Shown piece after piece: positions 15,840 to 30,021 of a stretch of 64,000 nt of DNA. The position numbers and the translations under genes were made by a program. The stretch lies in NCBI GenBank assembly GCA_051294375.1, contig CM119266.1, positions 11,025,950 through 11,089,949 of the forward strand. The letters are read 5' to 3'. Source of the DNA: Paraspadella gotoi (lineage: Eukaryota > Animalia > Chaetognatha). Numbering within the stretch: position 1 is the stretch's first letter; every line of letters starts with the position of its first letter. The notes below the pieces were generated by a model. The model was not told the origin of the DNA. It did no database searches and worked only from the letters and a program-made list of their open reading frames with translations.

Positions 15840-16036
15840 AGGGGAGGGAATCCGATAGAGTATTGATTATTCCCGAGTTGTGGCCGTTGATGTCTGACGT
15901 CGGGGCAAAAGCTGCTCTGGCCTTGAGGCAGTAAGCGGCGGTGGCGGCGGTGGCGGCGGAGGTGGCGAAGGCGGTGGCAAAAGTGGAGGGGAGTGGTGAA
16001 TTGGTGGTGGCGGTGGCGGCCATGGTGAGGTTTTCA
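15840..16036 (-). other. Possible exon with Ala/Thr-rich frame
   Basis: Acceptor-like aaatttcacAG, then a Kozak-like CACC-ATG-G at 16023 and MAATATTNSPLPSTFATAFATSAATAATAAYCLKARAAFAPTSDINGHNSGIINTL. No clear donor; part of it is a (GCC/ACC) simple repeat. Confidence 0.25.
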
Positions 16037-18029
16037 CTGTGAAATTTCGAGGATTCGTAGATCAACTGCGCAAAAGCTTTCGAGCGTGACTCTTCTTTCA
16101 CGTTTCGAGATCTAAAGTTTCACCGAATTTCTTTGTTTCGCTTCGCGTCACACGATTGAGTAAACTTTTAAGACGACGACGACTATGAGGACGACGACGA
16201 CGACGACGGGTTAACAATTAGCCTTTGAATAGTTAAGATCACAGTTAAAACCGTGAGGATTTTAATGTTGACAAAGTAAAGAGATTATGAGTTTGTGAAA
16301 ATGTGAGAGAAAAAGATGAAAGAAAAAAACACAAATTTAAAATAATAATGACATTAAAATTGTAACGTTCACCTATCGCGAATAAACACACATCAAACAC
16401 CCACGCAGATTTAGCAACTTGTACTTAGTAGAGTCCAAATTTCAACGACTGCTTTTAAAATTAACGATTTTTGCTCTGTTCCTTAGAAAATGACTTCGAC
16501 GACGACGATGAGGAAAACGACGACGAAAACGACATCTATCGTCTAGAGAAACGGGAAAAGAAAGAACCCGCGACCGAGCAACCTCGTCCCAAAAACCCCG
16601 AAATAGAAAAAAGAAAGAAACAAAATATTTGTACCAAAAAAAGAAAAAAGGAAAAGAAAAAGAAAAAGGAAAAAAAAATCTGTTCCGCCAACCAAATCCC
16701 GGTTCCACACATTAACTCGGAGCGCCACCGAGGGCGAGATATCAGCACCACCGAAACGGAGAGACGATAGCGACGACAAAGACGATGGCGAAGAAGACGT
16801 TTAACGTCGTGATTATGACAACAGGCTGTGATAATTATAATTTAACAATGACAAAGACAATGATAAATATAACGAAAGCGACGGCGGAAATGATACGAAA
16901 TCGGAAAGCGAACGAAGCATATTGCGCCACCTATGGAGAAATTGGGACAAGAACGACAACAACGAAGACATCTGAGACGAAAACGATATACACAGAGAAA
17001 CGAAGAAGACGAAACCTAAAGGGAAGAAGAATGACGACGACGACGACGAAAAAGAAAACGATGAGCAACCAAGACGGAAACGACGACAAGAAAGACGAAC
17101 GCCGCGAAGAAAACGACGACGACGATAACGACGACGAAAACGACGACGTGAATGATGAAATAAACATAAGAACAAAGCGAAGAGGAACTGGGTCGAGGCG
17201 AAAGCTTGAGGGGGAAAAAAAAAGAAGGGAGGGAAGAAAACAAGGAGAAAAAAAGGAAAAAATGAGGAAAAAAAGGAAAGGAAAAAAAAGGAAAGGAGGC
17301 GAGGTTGCCACCGAGGTCAGGGAGATGGATTTTAGGTGAGGGTCGTCGAGTTAAAAGGTCAGGTTCAAAGGTCAGGATCCGCGGGTCGGGATTCCAGGTC
17401 GGGACTCGGAGAAAACAGGTTCTGGCGCCAAGTTTTCTCCGGCGGCGGTGGTGGGTAGGGGATAGTGGGGGAAGGAGCGGAGAGGGTAAGGCGAGGTTAG
17501 GGATGGGAAAGGTAGGGGAAGGGTTAGGGAGGCAGCGGCTTTTTTTTTTCCTTCTGGGCCGAGGGACCCACTGAGGCGTTGATGCGTCGATGGTAAGAAG
17601 GAAAAAGAAATGAAGGTCGAGAGAAGGAAAGATGGAAAGAAGAAAAGGGATAACAGGCGTTTATTATTGTTTATATATCGGGGGTGGACGAGTTCCAGTC
17701 TTTTGGCTCTCGTTTTTTTTTTAAAGATTGAAGGTTAAACTTATTACTTATTACTTTCAGACTTACTGGTTACTACTTTTCACCTTCAATTTTTACTTAC
17801 ACAATGTAATTCTTCCATCTTTATGATGACACACCTACTGTCTTCAAAAATCAGAAAGGAACAAATGTGCAGTGAATCCTTTGACAGATGACTGAAAAAA
17901 ACTGAAATATAAAAAAATATATATAACAACAAAACTGCAGTTTGGATTTTGAGTTTTAATGAAGCAAGCCGATGCCTTTGGGCTTTGGAAAACCGGGAAA
18001 TGTTTACGCTTTCAGCCATTGTTACCTTT

Positions 18030-18094
<65 letters not shown>

Positions 18095-18215
18095 AGAGGA
18101 GACGAAGGAAGAAAAAAAATGGTTATATCCGTCATAAGGGTCCCTATGAGGATTTTGAATTTTTTAAGGAAAAAACCAGGTTGTCGACGCTTGGAAAAAG
18201 AAGAGAGAAGAGAGA

Positions 18216-18289
<74 letters not shown>

Positions 18290-19072
18290 AGTTAAGGACC
18301 GCACGAGATGAAGAGTACGGAGTGTCTCTATACGGATAGAGATTTCGCGATTGGTATTCATATGCGAGACAAATAATTTCAATATTTATGAAAGGCGTGA
18401 AATATTGAAACGCGACGGAAAGTATAAAAATATCGCCATCTTTTTTTTTTCGCTTTTGCATTTTGGAGCGAGAAGCTCCTTCGTCGAAAAGTTATGCATG
18501 AAATGGCTTTCAGGTGTTACGATGTGTCGTCGAGGTTGAAAACTCGAAGCGAAGATGGAAAAGAAAAATTTGCAAAAACCAAGTCGTTGTTTCTCAGCCG
18601 AAGAAAATAAGGAGATTCCAGAAAGAAAAATTTTTTTTGCTTTTAATGCTTTATGATATGGATTATTAGATTACGCTTTTTGCTACTTTTTGTCGGATTT
18701 TGACAACAACCAAAAAAAAGTTGACAAAAATCAACTTTTCTTAATTTACCTTATCTCATTGCTATTCTAAAATTATTTCATAACAAGTTGATCACTTTAT
18801 ACTTATTAATATTATAAATATAAATTATATTATAAATATATATATTTATATATATATAAATTATATTATAAAAATTATAAATATACAATAATAAAATACA
18901 CAATTTATTCGACTTAAAATATAATTCAAATCTTCCCGCTTCTCTTCCCCAGCTCTATTCCCGATCGCCAATTTATTCTATTTCAACTCGTTTGACAGTC
19001 ATACATTATCACTTAAAACGTCTTTCCTTATCTTTCTCATTAATCTAATCACATCCTTCACTGCCATTTCAT

Positions 19073-19132
<60 letters not shown>

Positions 19133-19192
19133 CTCTCTCTACGGCAACGCAGAAACAAACTAGTCTCTCCGGCCCCTTCTCTTGCGAGCGAG

Positions 19193-19287
<95 letters not shown>

Positions 19288-19781
19288 TAGCTCTTTGCTT
19301 GTTGGCTCCGACGTTGAATTTTCCTGTTGTGAAGCCGATAACCCAGTTAGCGGTTGCCATGGGAAATTTTAATTGCATATACAGTTTATTTTATATTCGA
19401 GGAAAGGATCCTGTTGTGCCGGCGATGAAAGAGCGAAGATAGAGAGAGAGCAAAGAGAGAGAGAGAGAGAGTGTGTGAAATAGAAAGAGAGAGACTCAGA
19501 GCTCAGAGAAAGATGGAAGACAAAATAGAAAGCAATAAAAGAAATAGAACTTGCTTCTTCCATACAACATCGGAACACCTTTAATTCTAACTATTCAGAT
19601 AACCCTGCATCCAACACCCTCTTTTCCAACGCCCCCACGCGCCCCTTCGGCTTCCACCCCCGGGTCATGATGAGTCCGCGGGGACTTGAAGTCATGGGCT
19701 GGCAATGGAGACTGGGATTAAGATTTAACCGTCCATGGCTTCACTACTCGAGAATCGGTGGGAGCCGCTCTCTCCCTCCCA

Positions 19782-19840
<59 letters not shown>

Positions 19841-20866
19841 CCCTTGACATAGACGCCGACAGCGAATTTCCTCGTTTTAAGACTCGAGACACGTTCCACT
19901 CCGTTGCCACCCCGCTACCACCCCAGGACCACCCTACTCCCATCCTCCCACTTTTTCTCTATCACAGTAAAACCTTAAAGTTCCTCTTTCCCTCGTTCCA
20001 TCACTTAAAGCGGAAGCTGATTGGTTCCGACGAGATAGCCGAGCCAACGACTCGCCTGATTGGATGAAAAAATCCGCCGTCGTCCAAGTCTGGACTCTGT
20101 TACCACTTCGGCGATTGATCTGATTTGTTGAGAGATTCTGATGAAGTTCCGAGATTAGACCATTTCGATTCGGAAGTCGTGTAAATTCGTAATGACGATG
20201 TTTTATTAAAGACTCGAACTCGGATATCCGATAAAGTATTCAGCGGCAGAATACTAAATCCTGATGTCGGGTTCGTATGCAAGCGAACGGAAAGTACTAT
20301 ATACGTTGTCCGTTTTCATCGAGATATCACGGGACCATTTTCGAATTCATTGACACTGCGGAGCACACAGATTTTATTTTTCGGTCTTTATGTTTCTTTT
20401 TCAGCTAATAACTATAGAAAATATGTATCGGGCTTTTCCAACAAAGATTTTGAAAGTCAACGACCCCTATGTTTTTTTACTTCGGCACATCTCGTGGTTT
20501 CCTCTTTCAATTTCGCTTCTTCCCTTCTCTCGGCTTTCTCTTTCAAACTTCAACGAGTCTCGCGATTGGTCCGTTTCTTTGTTCCGACGTCACGCGGTCG
20601 GACTCTTTTTATTTTCGTGAGGAAAATGGGGGGGGGGATGAGGTTTGGGGTTCGAGACCCAAAGAGAATGAAAAAGTCAGGGGTAGAGGAGGGAGGGGGT
20701 GTTCGGAGTCGCCAGCGATCAGCTGTGGAGAGTGATTGAAGGCGACAGAGTGAGGCGTGAATATATGGAATCAGCTGGAGGGTTGATTGAATGTGACGGA
20801 GCTGCGTGCGGATTTATGCNNNNNNNNNNNNNNNNNNNNNNNNNGATCGCCCGAGAGAGAGAGGAG

Positions 20867-20920
<54 letters not shown>

Positions 20921-20923
<3 letters not shown>

Positions 20924-21994
20924 GGTGACTCGGGGTACGTGCAGTCGAGTCGTAAATAATCCCAGCGGTGATATTCCAGCGACTCTAGTCTCTCTCGTCT
21001 TTCGTCATCTGTCTCAGTCTTTTCGTCTCTGTCTCTGTCATTGTCTTTCCGTTCACGTCATTGAAGCCTACGGGACGTAATCGTGTTATATAAACTTATT
21101 TAAACTAATTAACTAGTCACGAAGTCTAAGCTCTAAATTTTCCGTAATATATTTTTAAAATTCAAATTTTGATGATTTTTTAGAAAAAAAATATCGGCCC
21201 CACCGGCCTGGCCGATGCGAAACGAAAAAAATGGAGGCGCCTCTGGTGGCAGAAGAAACGAGAGACGCCGTATAAACACGCGGCCGCTTGACGATGAGTT
21301 CGACGCCGGGAAAAGAATAACATAAAAAAAAAACGCCGAGCAATCGCCGATGGCCGCGCTGACGCACGCCGGCAGCCGCAACCAGGCAGCCCGCCGCCGC
21401 CGCCCGTCGAGCGCCGGGAGAATAATCAAAGTTCTTTCGAACCGAAGATTCGACCTTTGGGATCAAAAACGAAGAGGAAACGAGCGACGCCGCGGGGGGG
21501 GCCAAATGGGGGGTGGAGTGGATCGATCGAGAAGAGAAGTGATGGTGGAAGGGTGAAATGGTATATATGAATTAATGCAATAATCCTGTTCGTTCATCGT
21601 TATAAGCTATCTTCCCATGGACTTGGACGGGCTATGGTGGTTTAAGCCAGAGATGGCGAGAAAGTGTGACACAGAAAACTTGGGTCGCGCGCGAATTTCC
21701 TGAAAACCGCAAAAACTGGCGTCAGAACCGTGCGAAACCGAGATGGTGGCGAAGCAATGGGCGAAAGGAAGGCGCCAAAACGGCGACCACCTAACAAATT
21801 GCCCCTCGTCGTTACCACAAAGAAGGAACTAAACGCGCAGTAGTGTCCGTCTTTTTCGAGGGAAAATAAAACATCGCCATCTTCCCTGGAAAAAAGAGAG
21901 AGGGAGAGAAGGTAGAGAGAGAAGAGGGGAAGGAGAGAGAGAGAGAGAGAGAGAGAAGAGAGAGAGGCGCACGGGCACGAACGAGGTGTGAAAC

Positions 21995-22028
<34 letters not shown>

Positions 22029-24464
22029 AGGAGAAGAGAGAGAGTAGAGGAGAGAGAGAGAGAGGAAAGAGTTTGTGTCTCTGCTCCGGCGTTTTGGATG
22101 CCAGATGCCGGAGTTGGCGAAATTCAATTTTGGCAATTCTCTCCCTTCTCTGCTTTTTTTTATTTTTCCCTCGTTCTTCTCTCTCTCCTCTCTCTCTCCG
22201 TCTCTTCTTCTCTCTCTCTCTCCTCTCTCTCTCTCTCGTCTCTCTCTCTCTCTCTCGCTCTCGTGTACTCTCTCTAAATTCACGTTTCTTCTCTCTCTCT
22301 CTCTATTGAAAACAGCGAGAGGCAACACACGAAAAAAGCTCGGAGGCGATGGGGGACGGACGTTGTAAGAGACGAAGAGAATGAAGGGAAAAAGTAGAGA
22401 GAGAGACAAAGTGAGAAAGCGAGAGAGAGAAAGAGAGAGCAAAGAGCCCGAGATTTTCTTTCTCCATTAATTTTCTGATTATATACGGAAGATTCGCGCG
22501 GCTTCCCCGATTACATTCATTTAAATTTCCATTGAAAGCCGTTGCGCGAAGCGTGAGAGACGAAAGAAGGGAACGAGAGAGAGAGAGGGATAGACCGAGC
22601 GAGAGAGCACACCAACCTTCCTCTTGTTTAATTATTTATTACGAAATGTGATCTAAATCAGCTGGGTAAAGTTGTTTCTCTCTCTCCCTCTCTCTCTCAT
22701 CTCTCTTCTCTTCTCTCTCTCTCTCTCTTTCTTCTCATCTCTCTCTCTCTCTCTCTCTCTCTTCAAGGTCCCCGCCGTTAACGACCTCGGAAAAAACCGC
22801 GGACCGCCGTCATCGTCGACGTTGAATCTCTGCGACGAACTGAAAAAAAAAAAAATGTGGATGGGGGATGGGGGGCGGGGGGCCGGGGGGATGGGTGGGA
22901 AGAGAGCTAGGGGAAAGAACGTAATGGTGAGGTTGTGGGACTAGTTGACTGGTGTGGAACGGGTAAGTGCAAAGAAGGCAAGGCTGTGCTGTAATTTAAA
23001 TATATATTTGTTAGGGAACTTGAAACAAATGGCACTATCAAATGTACAACGGGATCGAATGGTATGAAAGTGATCATTTGACTGCAAAACTAAGTATGCA
23101 TATGCTGCAACTTAACTGTCAAAAACAATTACCTAAATTAAGCCGTCCGTTTATAAGTTTTTTTCCTTACAAATAAAGCAAGGCTCTTCCTCGATTCCCG
23201 TTATTTTTCCAAATTTCGAATTACAAAAATTTTAGGGTCGGCCTTGGAAAAATAAAAAGGGAGTAAATAATCTGGAACCCATTTCATGGGGTTTTGGGCG
23301 AAAAAAAAAAGAGAGGAGGGGAAAACGTAAACATTTTACTTTCGTGTTTGAATTCGCGTTTAAAAGAAGTTTTCAAATCGTGAAAAAAAACAAAAAAAAA
23401 AACAAAAAACAAAGGGAGAGTCGGGGCTGTTCGTCCGAGAAGGTGTTGATCTACTGAAAATGTTAATTTACAGAATTCGTTTTCCCGCTTTTTCTATCAT
23501 CGATTTTTGTCGTTTTTGAAAGTTTCGGTGTGTTTGATTGGGAACAGAAGACTGCAACGAAAAAATAAAAAATCGGAAAAATGTCAAAATCTTTTCCGCG
23601 TTCGTTTCGGTCCGATGAAAAATCCTGATAAAATCCAAACTGAATAAAGAAAAAAAATCGGCAATAAAAAAAGGAGAAAATAAAACAACCTCGGACTCGC
23701 TACTAAATTAATATTTGCAATTGAATTTAAAAAAAAAATCAACTTCCTAGGAGAAAGAAAAAAAAAAGAGTTTATGAAGGAATTCATAATTCGATCGAAG
23801 GTAAGAAAATCGGTGGTCGGCATGAATTTAAGAAAAATAGAATTGTGGAAGATTTGTTGGCAATTATAAATAAAACTAAGTAAAAAAACAAAAACAAAAA
23901 ACAACTAAACGAAAGATAAAAAAAGAGAAGAGAAAAGGAGAAAAAGTTGTAAATTCCTCGTCACTTGGAAGAAGCGGAATAATAAACTGAATTGAGATTC
24001 GTCAATTAATCAAGAGAATCTGGAGTTAATTAGCGGAGATAAAATATAAAGAAAGAGCGCGAGTGGGAGGGAGAGGGTAGGAGGGAAAGAGAGGGAGATG
24101 GGAAGTCGAAAGATGAGCTAAGGGAAGGAGGAAAAGGGAGGGAGGAAGGGAGGAAAGAGGGTTAGAGGAAATCCCAAAGGCCAGAGGGAATAATAAAAAA
24201 AAAAAACCGCACAAAGTAATGAAATAAGGCATGAATCGCAAAAGCAGAAGCGGTTTAAATTGAAAAATTTACACCAAACTCTCCGAGAAGAAGGAGGAGT
24301 AGAGAGAGGGGGAAAAAAGAAGGGCAAAAGAAAAAGAAGAAGGGGGGACATAGAAAAAGTGAGAGAGAGAGAGGAAGAGAATTTTTTTATTTTTGAGTGA
24401 GTAGTTCTCTTTCCCGAAGTAGGAGTAAATTCTGAAGGGAAAAACCGACGAGTTTTGTTTATTA

Positions 24465-24495
<31 letters not shown>

Positions 24496-24499
24496 ATTA

Positions 24500-24562
<63 letters not shown>

Positions 24563-26149
24563 GGAAATGATGGCGTGGAAGAGGAAAAAAGGGGTGGGTG
24601 TGGGTAGAAATGTAGCGATAGAAGCGGGGGCGGAGAAAGTCGAGAGTGTTTAACTTGTAGTAGAGTAGGGAAAAGAGGAAGAAAAGAGAAAAAGGGGGAT
24701 AAATGGAGTGAGATGGAAAAGAAAGAATCATTCAAAATTTCGTGTTTGCGTGGAGACGAAAGATAAAGATGAAAAAAAAAGGAGACACAAATTCGAGGAG
24801 GAAAAAAGGAGAGAGAGTTAGGAAGAGAAAGAAGCAAGAGCGAGAGCAGGATAAAAATAATATAGTCGAGTTCTCTCTTCCCTCCCAATTTTTCGGCCGG
24901 CCGCGCACCTCATACATATCTAAGCCTTCATTAACACACGCATCGCTCCCAAAAAATCTCTCTTCTGTCAAATAAAAACCATTCGGGAACCGCTCTCATC
25001 TCTCTCTCTCATCTCTCTCTCTCTCTCTGCTCTCATCTCGGGTCTCTTCCTCTCTCATCTCTGCTCTCTTCTCATCTCCTTCTCTCTCTCACTCTCTCTC
25101 TCTGCGCCGAAGGAAGAGTGCGCTTCGTGGGTGGGGCAGTGGGTACGGGGGTGGAGATACAGAAGCGTGGGGAGAAAAAAATCAAAGCTCGGGGAAAAAA
25201 AGCGAAAAGCAACAATGATTTTTTGGATGAAAAGACCTCGAACAAAAGGGAATCGTTCGCGGATGGAGATTATTATTATTATTCTTTTTTTTTTGTAATT
25301 TAACCTGACAGAAAAAAAAAGGAAAGGAATCAACTTTTCCGATTTAATTTGGTATTTCCGACATTAATCATCGTAGGATTAAACGAACTAATTTACAATA
25401 TGGTGTAACAAATGTTTTCGTCACAAATTTGAAACAACTGTTTGCTAAAGATTAAACTTTTTGCAAGCTAATTAATCTGATCCTAAAAATAAAATTCTAA
25501 AAAAAAATTTTTAAGCCTTTCCTATTTATAATAAATATTAAAAAAATAATATATGGTGTAATAGAGTAATATTAAAAATGTTTTTTGTCTATTAAATTTC
25601 TTAACGCCACCCTTACTGAGTTAGGCTATCCCTTCGCTAAAGTACTTTAATTTGCAATGGATGCATCACCGATTAAATTAATTAGAAACAATTAATTCAA
25701 AATTTCAACAATAACTGCCAAAAGAAATTCTGAACATAACCATAAAAAGTGCATACTATACTAATGCACTTAAACCTGTGGCCCTCGTGGAAATTCAATA
25801 CATTTGCACTGGAAAGAAAAGACGGCTTTGCGTATTTCCTCGCATCTTTTTAAGACTCAACCGCGTGGGCGGAGACGGACGGATGGACGGACATACGGTC
25901 ACACGGACAAACAGTCGCGCAACTGAGGGAAAAAGGAAAAATATTCAGTCAGGATAAAGAAAATGAAAAAAAAAAAGAAAAAGGGAAGAAAGAGAAAAGA
26001 GAGGAAAAAAAAAAACGGGAAGAAGATTGCGATAACTATCTTTGCTGGGTCTCCATGTGTTTTGGGCATCTTGGAAACGCCTCGGTTGGTGTTGAAGTGA
26101 TGGAGAGAAAAAAAATCCGAGAGCGATGAGTGAAAGAAAAGTGAAAAAT

Positions 26150-26153
<4 letters not shown>
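20921..26153 (+). repeat. Copy 1 of a ~5.25 kb direct tandem duplication
   Basis: Begins gacggtgactcgggg(t)acgtg and ends ...gtgaaaaatagtg. Colinear with 26179-31555 throughout (shared anchors include aatatcggccccaccggcctggccgatg, gattcgcgcgg, aataaagcaaggctcttcctcgattccc, the (ATT)n tract and ggacatacggtcacacggacaaacagtcgcgc); differences are mostly single-base indels. Confidence 0.95.
24460..24562 (+). repeat. (ATT)n microsatellite (duplicate at ~29927-30021)
   Basis: Seen directly in both copies of the duplication. Confidence 0.95.
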
Positions 26154-26178
<25 letters not shown>

Positions 26179-26180
<2 letters not shown>

Positions 26181-27549
26181 CGGTGACTCGGGGACGTGAG
26201 TCGAGTCGTAAATAATCCCAGCGGATGATATTCCACCGACTCGTCTCTCTCGTCTTTCGTCTCTGTCTCAGTCTTTTCGTCTCTGTCTCTGTCATTGTCT
26301 TTCGTTCACCATTGAAGCCTACGGGACGTAATCGTGTTATTAAACTTATTAAACTAATTAGACTTAGTCACGAGTTAAGCCTAAATTTCGTAATATTTTT
26401 TAAAAATAAATTTTGATGATTTTTTAGAAAAAAATATCGGCCCCACCGGCCTGGCCGATGCGAACGAAAAAAAAATGGAGCGCCTCTGGTGGCAGAAACA
26501 GCGAGACGCCGATAAACAGCGGCGCTTGACGAATGAGTTCGACGCCGGAAAAGAATACAAAAAAAAACGCCGGAAATCGCCGATGGCCGACGCTGACGCA
26601 GCGGCAGCCGCAACCGCAGCCGCCGCCGCCGCCGTCGACGCCGGGAGAATAATCAAAGTTCTTCGAACCGAAGATTCGACTTTGGGATCAAAAACCGAAG
26701 AGGAAACGAGCGACGCNNNNNNNNNNNNNNNNNNNNNNNNNNNNNNNNNNNNNNNNNNNNNNNNNNNNNNNNNNNNNNNNNNNNNNNNNNNNNNNNNNNN
26801 NNNNNNNNNNNNNNNNNNNNNNNNNNNNNNNNNNNNNGAGTGGACGATCGAGAGAGAAGTGATGGTGAAGGGTGAATGGTATATATGAAATTATGCAATA
26901 TCTATTCGTTCATCTTATAAGCTATCTTTCCCATGACTTTGGACGGGCTATGGTGGTTTAAGGCCAGAGAGTGGCGAGAAAGTGTGACACAGAAAACTGG
27001 GTCGCGCGGCGATTTCCTGAAAACCGCAACTGGCGTCAGAGACGCGTGGCGACCGAGATGGTGGCGAAGCAATGGGCGAAAGGAAGGCGCCAACGGCGAC
27101 CACCAACAAATTGCCCTCGTCGTTAACAAAGGAAGGAAACTAACGCGCAGTAGTTCGTCTTTTTCGAGGGAAATAAAACATCGCCATCTTCTGGAAAAAG
27201 AGAGAGGGAGAGAGAGGGAGAGAGAGGGAGGGAGAGAGAGAGAGAGANNNNNNNNNNNNNNNNNNNNNNNNNNNNNNNNNNNNNNNNNNNNNNNNNNNNN
27301 NNNNNNNNNNNNNNNNNNNNNNNNNNNNNNNNNNNNNNNNNNNNNNNNNNNNNNNNNNNNNNNNNNNNNNNNNNNNNNNNNNNNNNNNNNNNNNNNNNNN
27401 NNNNNNNNNNNNNNNNNNNNNNNNNNNNNNNNNNNNNNNNNNNNNNNNNNNNNNNNNNNNNNNNNNNNNNNNNNNNNNNNNNNNNNNNNNNNNNNNNNNN
27501 NNNNNNNNNNNNNNNNNNNNNNNNNNNNNNNNNNNNNNNNNNNNNNNNN

Positions 27550-27585
<36 letters not shown>

Positions 27586-29925
27586 AAGATTCACGTTTCT
27601 CTCTCTCTCTCTCTTTAAAACAGCGAGGCAACAACGAAGCTCGGAGGCGATGGGGGACGACGTTGTAAGAGACGAGAGAATGAGGAAAAAGAGAGAGAGA
27701 GACAAAGTGAGAAAGCGAGAGAGAGAGAAAGAGAGAGCAAGAGCCCGAGATTTTCTTTCTCCATTATTTTCTGATTATATACGGAAGATTCGCGCGGCTC
27801 CCGATTACATTCATTAAAATTCATTGAAAAGCGTTGCGCGAGCGTGAGAGACGAAGAGGGAACGAGAGAGAGAGAGGGATAGACCGAGCGAGAGACACAC
27901 CACCTTCTCTTGTTTATTATTTATTACGAATGTGATCTAATCAGCGGGAAGTTGTTTCTCTCTCTCTNNNNNNNNNNNNNNNNNNNNNNNNNNNNNNNNN
28001 NNNNNNNNNNNNNNNNNNNNNNNNNNNNNNNNNNNNNNNNNNNNNNNNNNNNNNNNNNNNNNNNNNNNNNNNNNNNNNNNNNNNNNNNNNNNNNNNNNNN
28101 NNNNNNNNNNNNNNNNNNNNNNNNNNNNNNNNNNNNNNNNNNNNNNNNNNNNNNNNNNNNNNNNNNNNNNNNNNNNNNNNNNNNNNNNNNNNNNNNNNNN
28201 NNNNNNNNNNNNNNNNNNNNNNNNNNNNNNNNNNNNNNNNNNNNNNNNNNNNNNNNNNNNNNNNNNNNNNNNNNNNNNNNNNNNNNNNNNNNNNNNNNNN
28301 NNNNNNNNNNNNNNNNNNNNNNNNNNNNNNNNNNNNNNNNNNNNNNNNNNNNNNNNNNNNNNNNNNNNNNNNNNNNNNNNNNNNNNNNNNNNNNNNNNNN
28401 NNNNNNNNNNNNNNNNNNNNNNNNNNNNNNNNNNNNNNNNNNNNNNNNNNNNNNNNNNNNNNNNNNNNNNNNNNNNGACAGTTGACTGGTGGTGGACGGG
28501 TAAGTGAAAAAGAAGGCAAGGCTGTGCTGTAATTTAAATTAGATATTTGTTAGGGAACTTGAAACAAATGGCACCTATCAAAATGTACACGGGATCGAAT
28601 GGTTGAAGTGATCATTTGACTGCAAAACTATGTAGCATATGCTGCAACTGTCAAAAACAATTACTAAATTAAGCCGTCCGTTTATAAGTTTTTTCCTACA
28701 AATAAAGCAAGGCTCTTCCTCGATTCCCTTATTTTTCCATTTCGAATTACAAAATTTTAGGGTCGCCTTGGAAAAATAAAAAGGGAGTAAAATAATCTGG
28801 AACCCATTTCATGGGGTTTGGCGAAAAAAAAAAGAGCGGAGGGGAAAACGTAAACATTTTACTTTCGTTTGATTCGCGTTTAAAAAGAAGTTTTCAATCG
28901 TGAAAAAAAAAACAAAAAAAAACAAAAACAAGGGAGAGTCGGGGCTTCGTCGAAAGGTTTGATCTACGAATGGTTAATACAGAATTCGTTTTCCCTTTTC
29001 TATCATCGATTTTTGTCGTTTTTGAAGTTTCGGTTGTTATATTGAACAGAGACTGCAACGAAAAAACTAAAAATCGGAAAAATGTCAAAATCTTTTCCGT
29101 TCGTTTCGGTCCGATGAAAAACCGATAAAATCCAAACTGAAAAAGAAAAAAAAATCGCAATAAAAAAAGGAGAAAATAAAACAACCTCGGACTCGCTACT
29201 AAATTAATATTTGCAAATTGAATTTAAAAAAAAAAATCAACTTCCTAGGAGAAAGAAAAAAAAAGAGTTATAATGAAGGAATTCAAATTCGATCGAAGGT
29301 AAGAAAATCGGTGGTCGATGAATTAAAGAAAAATAAATTGTGGAAGATTTGTTGGCAATTATAAAATAAAACTAAGAAAAAAACCAAAACAAAACAAACA
29401 AACTAAACGAAAGATAAAAAAAAGAAGAAGAGAAAAGGAGAAAAAGTTGTAAATTCCCTCGTCACTTTGAAAAGCGGAATAATAAACCTGAATTGAGATT
29501 TCGTCATTAATCAAAGAATCTGGAGTTAATTAGCGGAGATAAAATATAAAGAAGAGCGCGAGTGGGAGGGAGAGGGAGGAGGGAAAGAGAGGGAGATGGG
29601 AAGTCGAAGATGAGCTAGGGAAGGAGGAAAAGGGAGGGAGGAAGGGAGGAAAGAGGGTTAGAGGAAATCCAAAGGCAGAGGGATAATAAAAAAAAAAAAC
29701 CCCAAAGTCTGAATAAGGCATGAATCGCAAAGCAGAAGCGGTTTAATTGAAAATTTACACAAACTCTCGGAGAAGAGGAGGAGTAGAAGAGGGGGAAAAA
29801 AGAGGGCAAAAGAAAAGAAAGAGAGGGGGGGAATAGAAAAGTGAGAGAGAGAGAGGAAGAGAAAGTGAGTAAGTTCTCTTTCCCGAAGTAGGAGTAAATC
29901 TGAGGGAAAAACCGACGAGGTTTTG

Positions 29926-30021
<96 letters not shown>

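Noticed and set aside
16785-17339. 184-aa plus-strand ORF starting MAKKTFNVV
   Set aside because: Dominated by ACG/AAG simple repeats and A-rich tracts, with no domain-like content.
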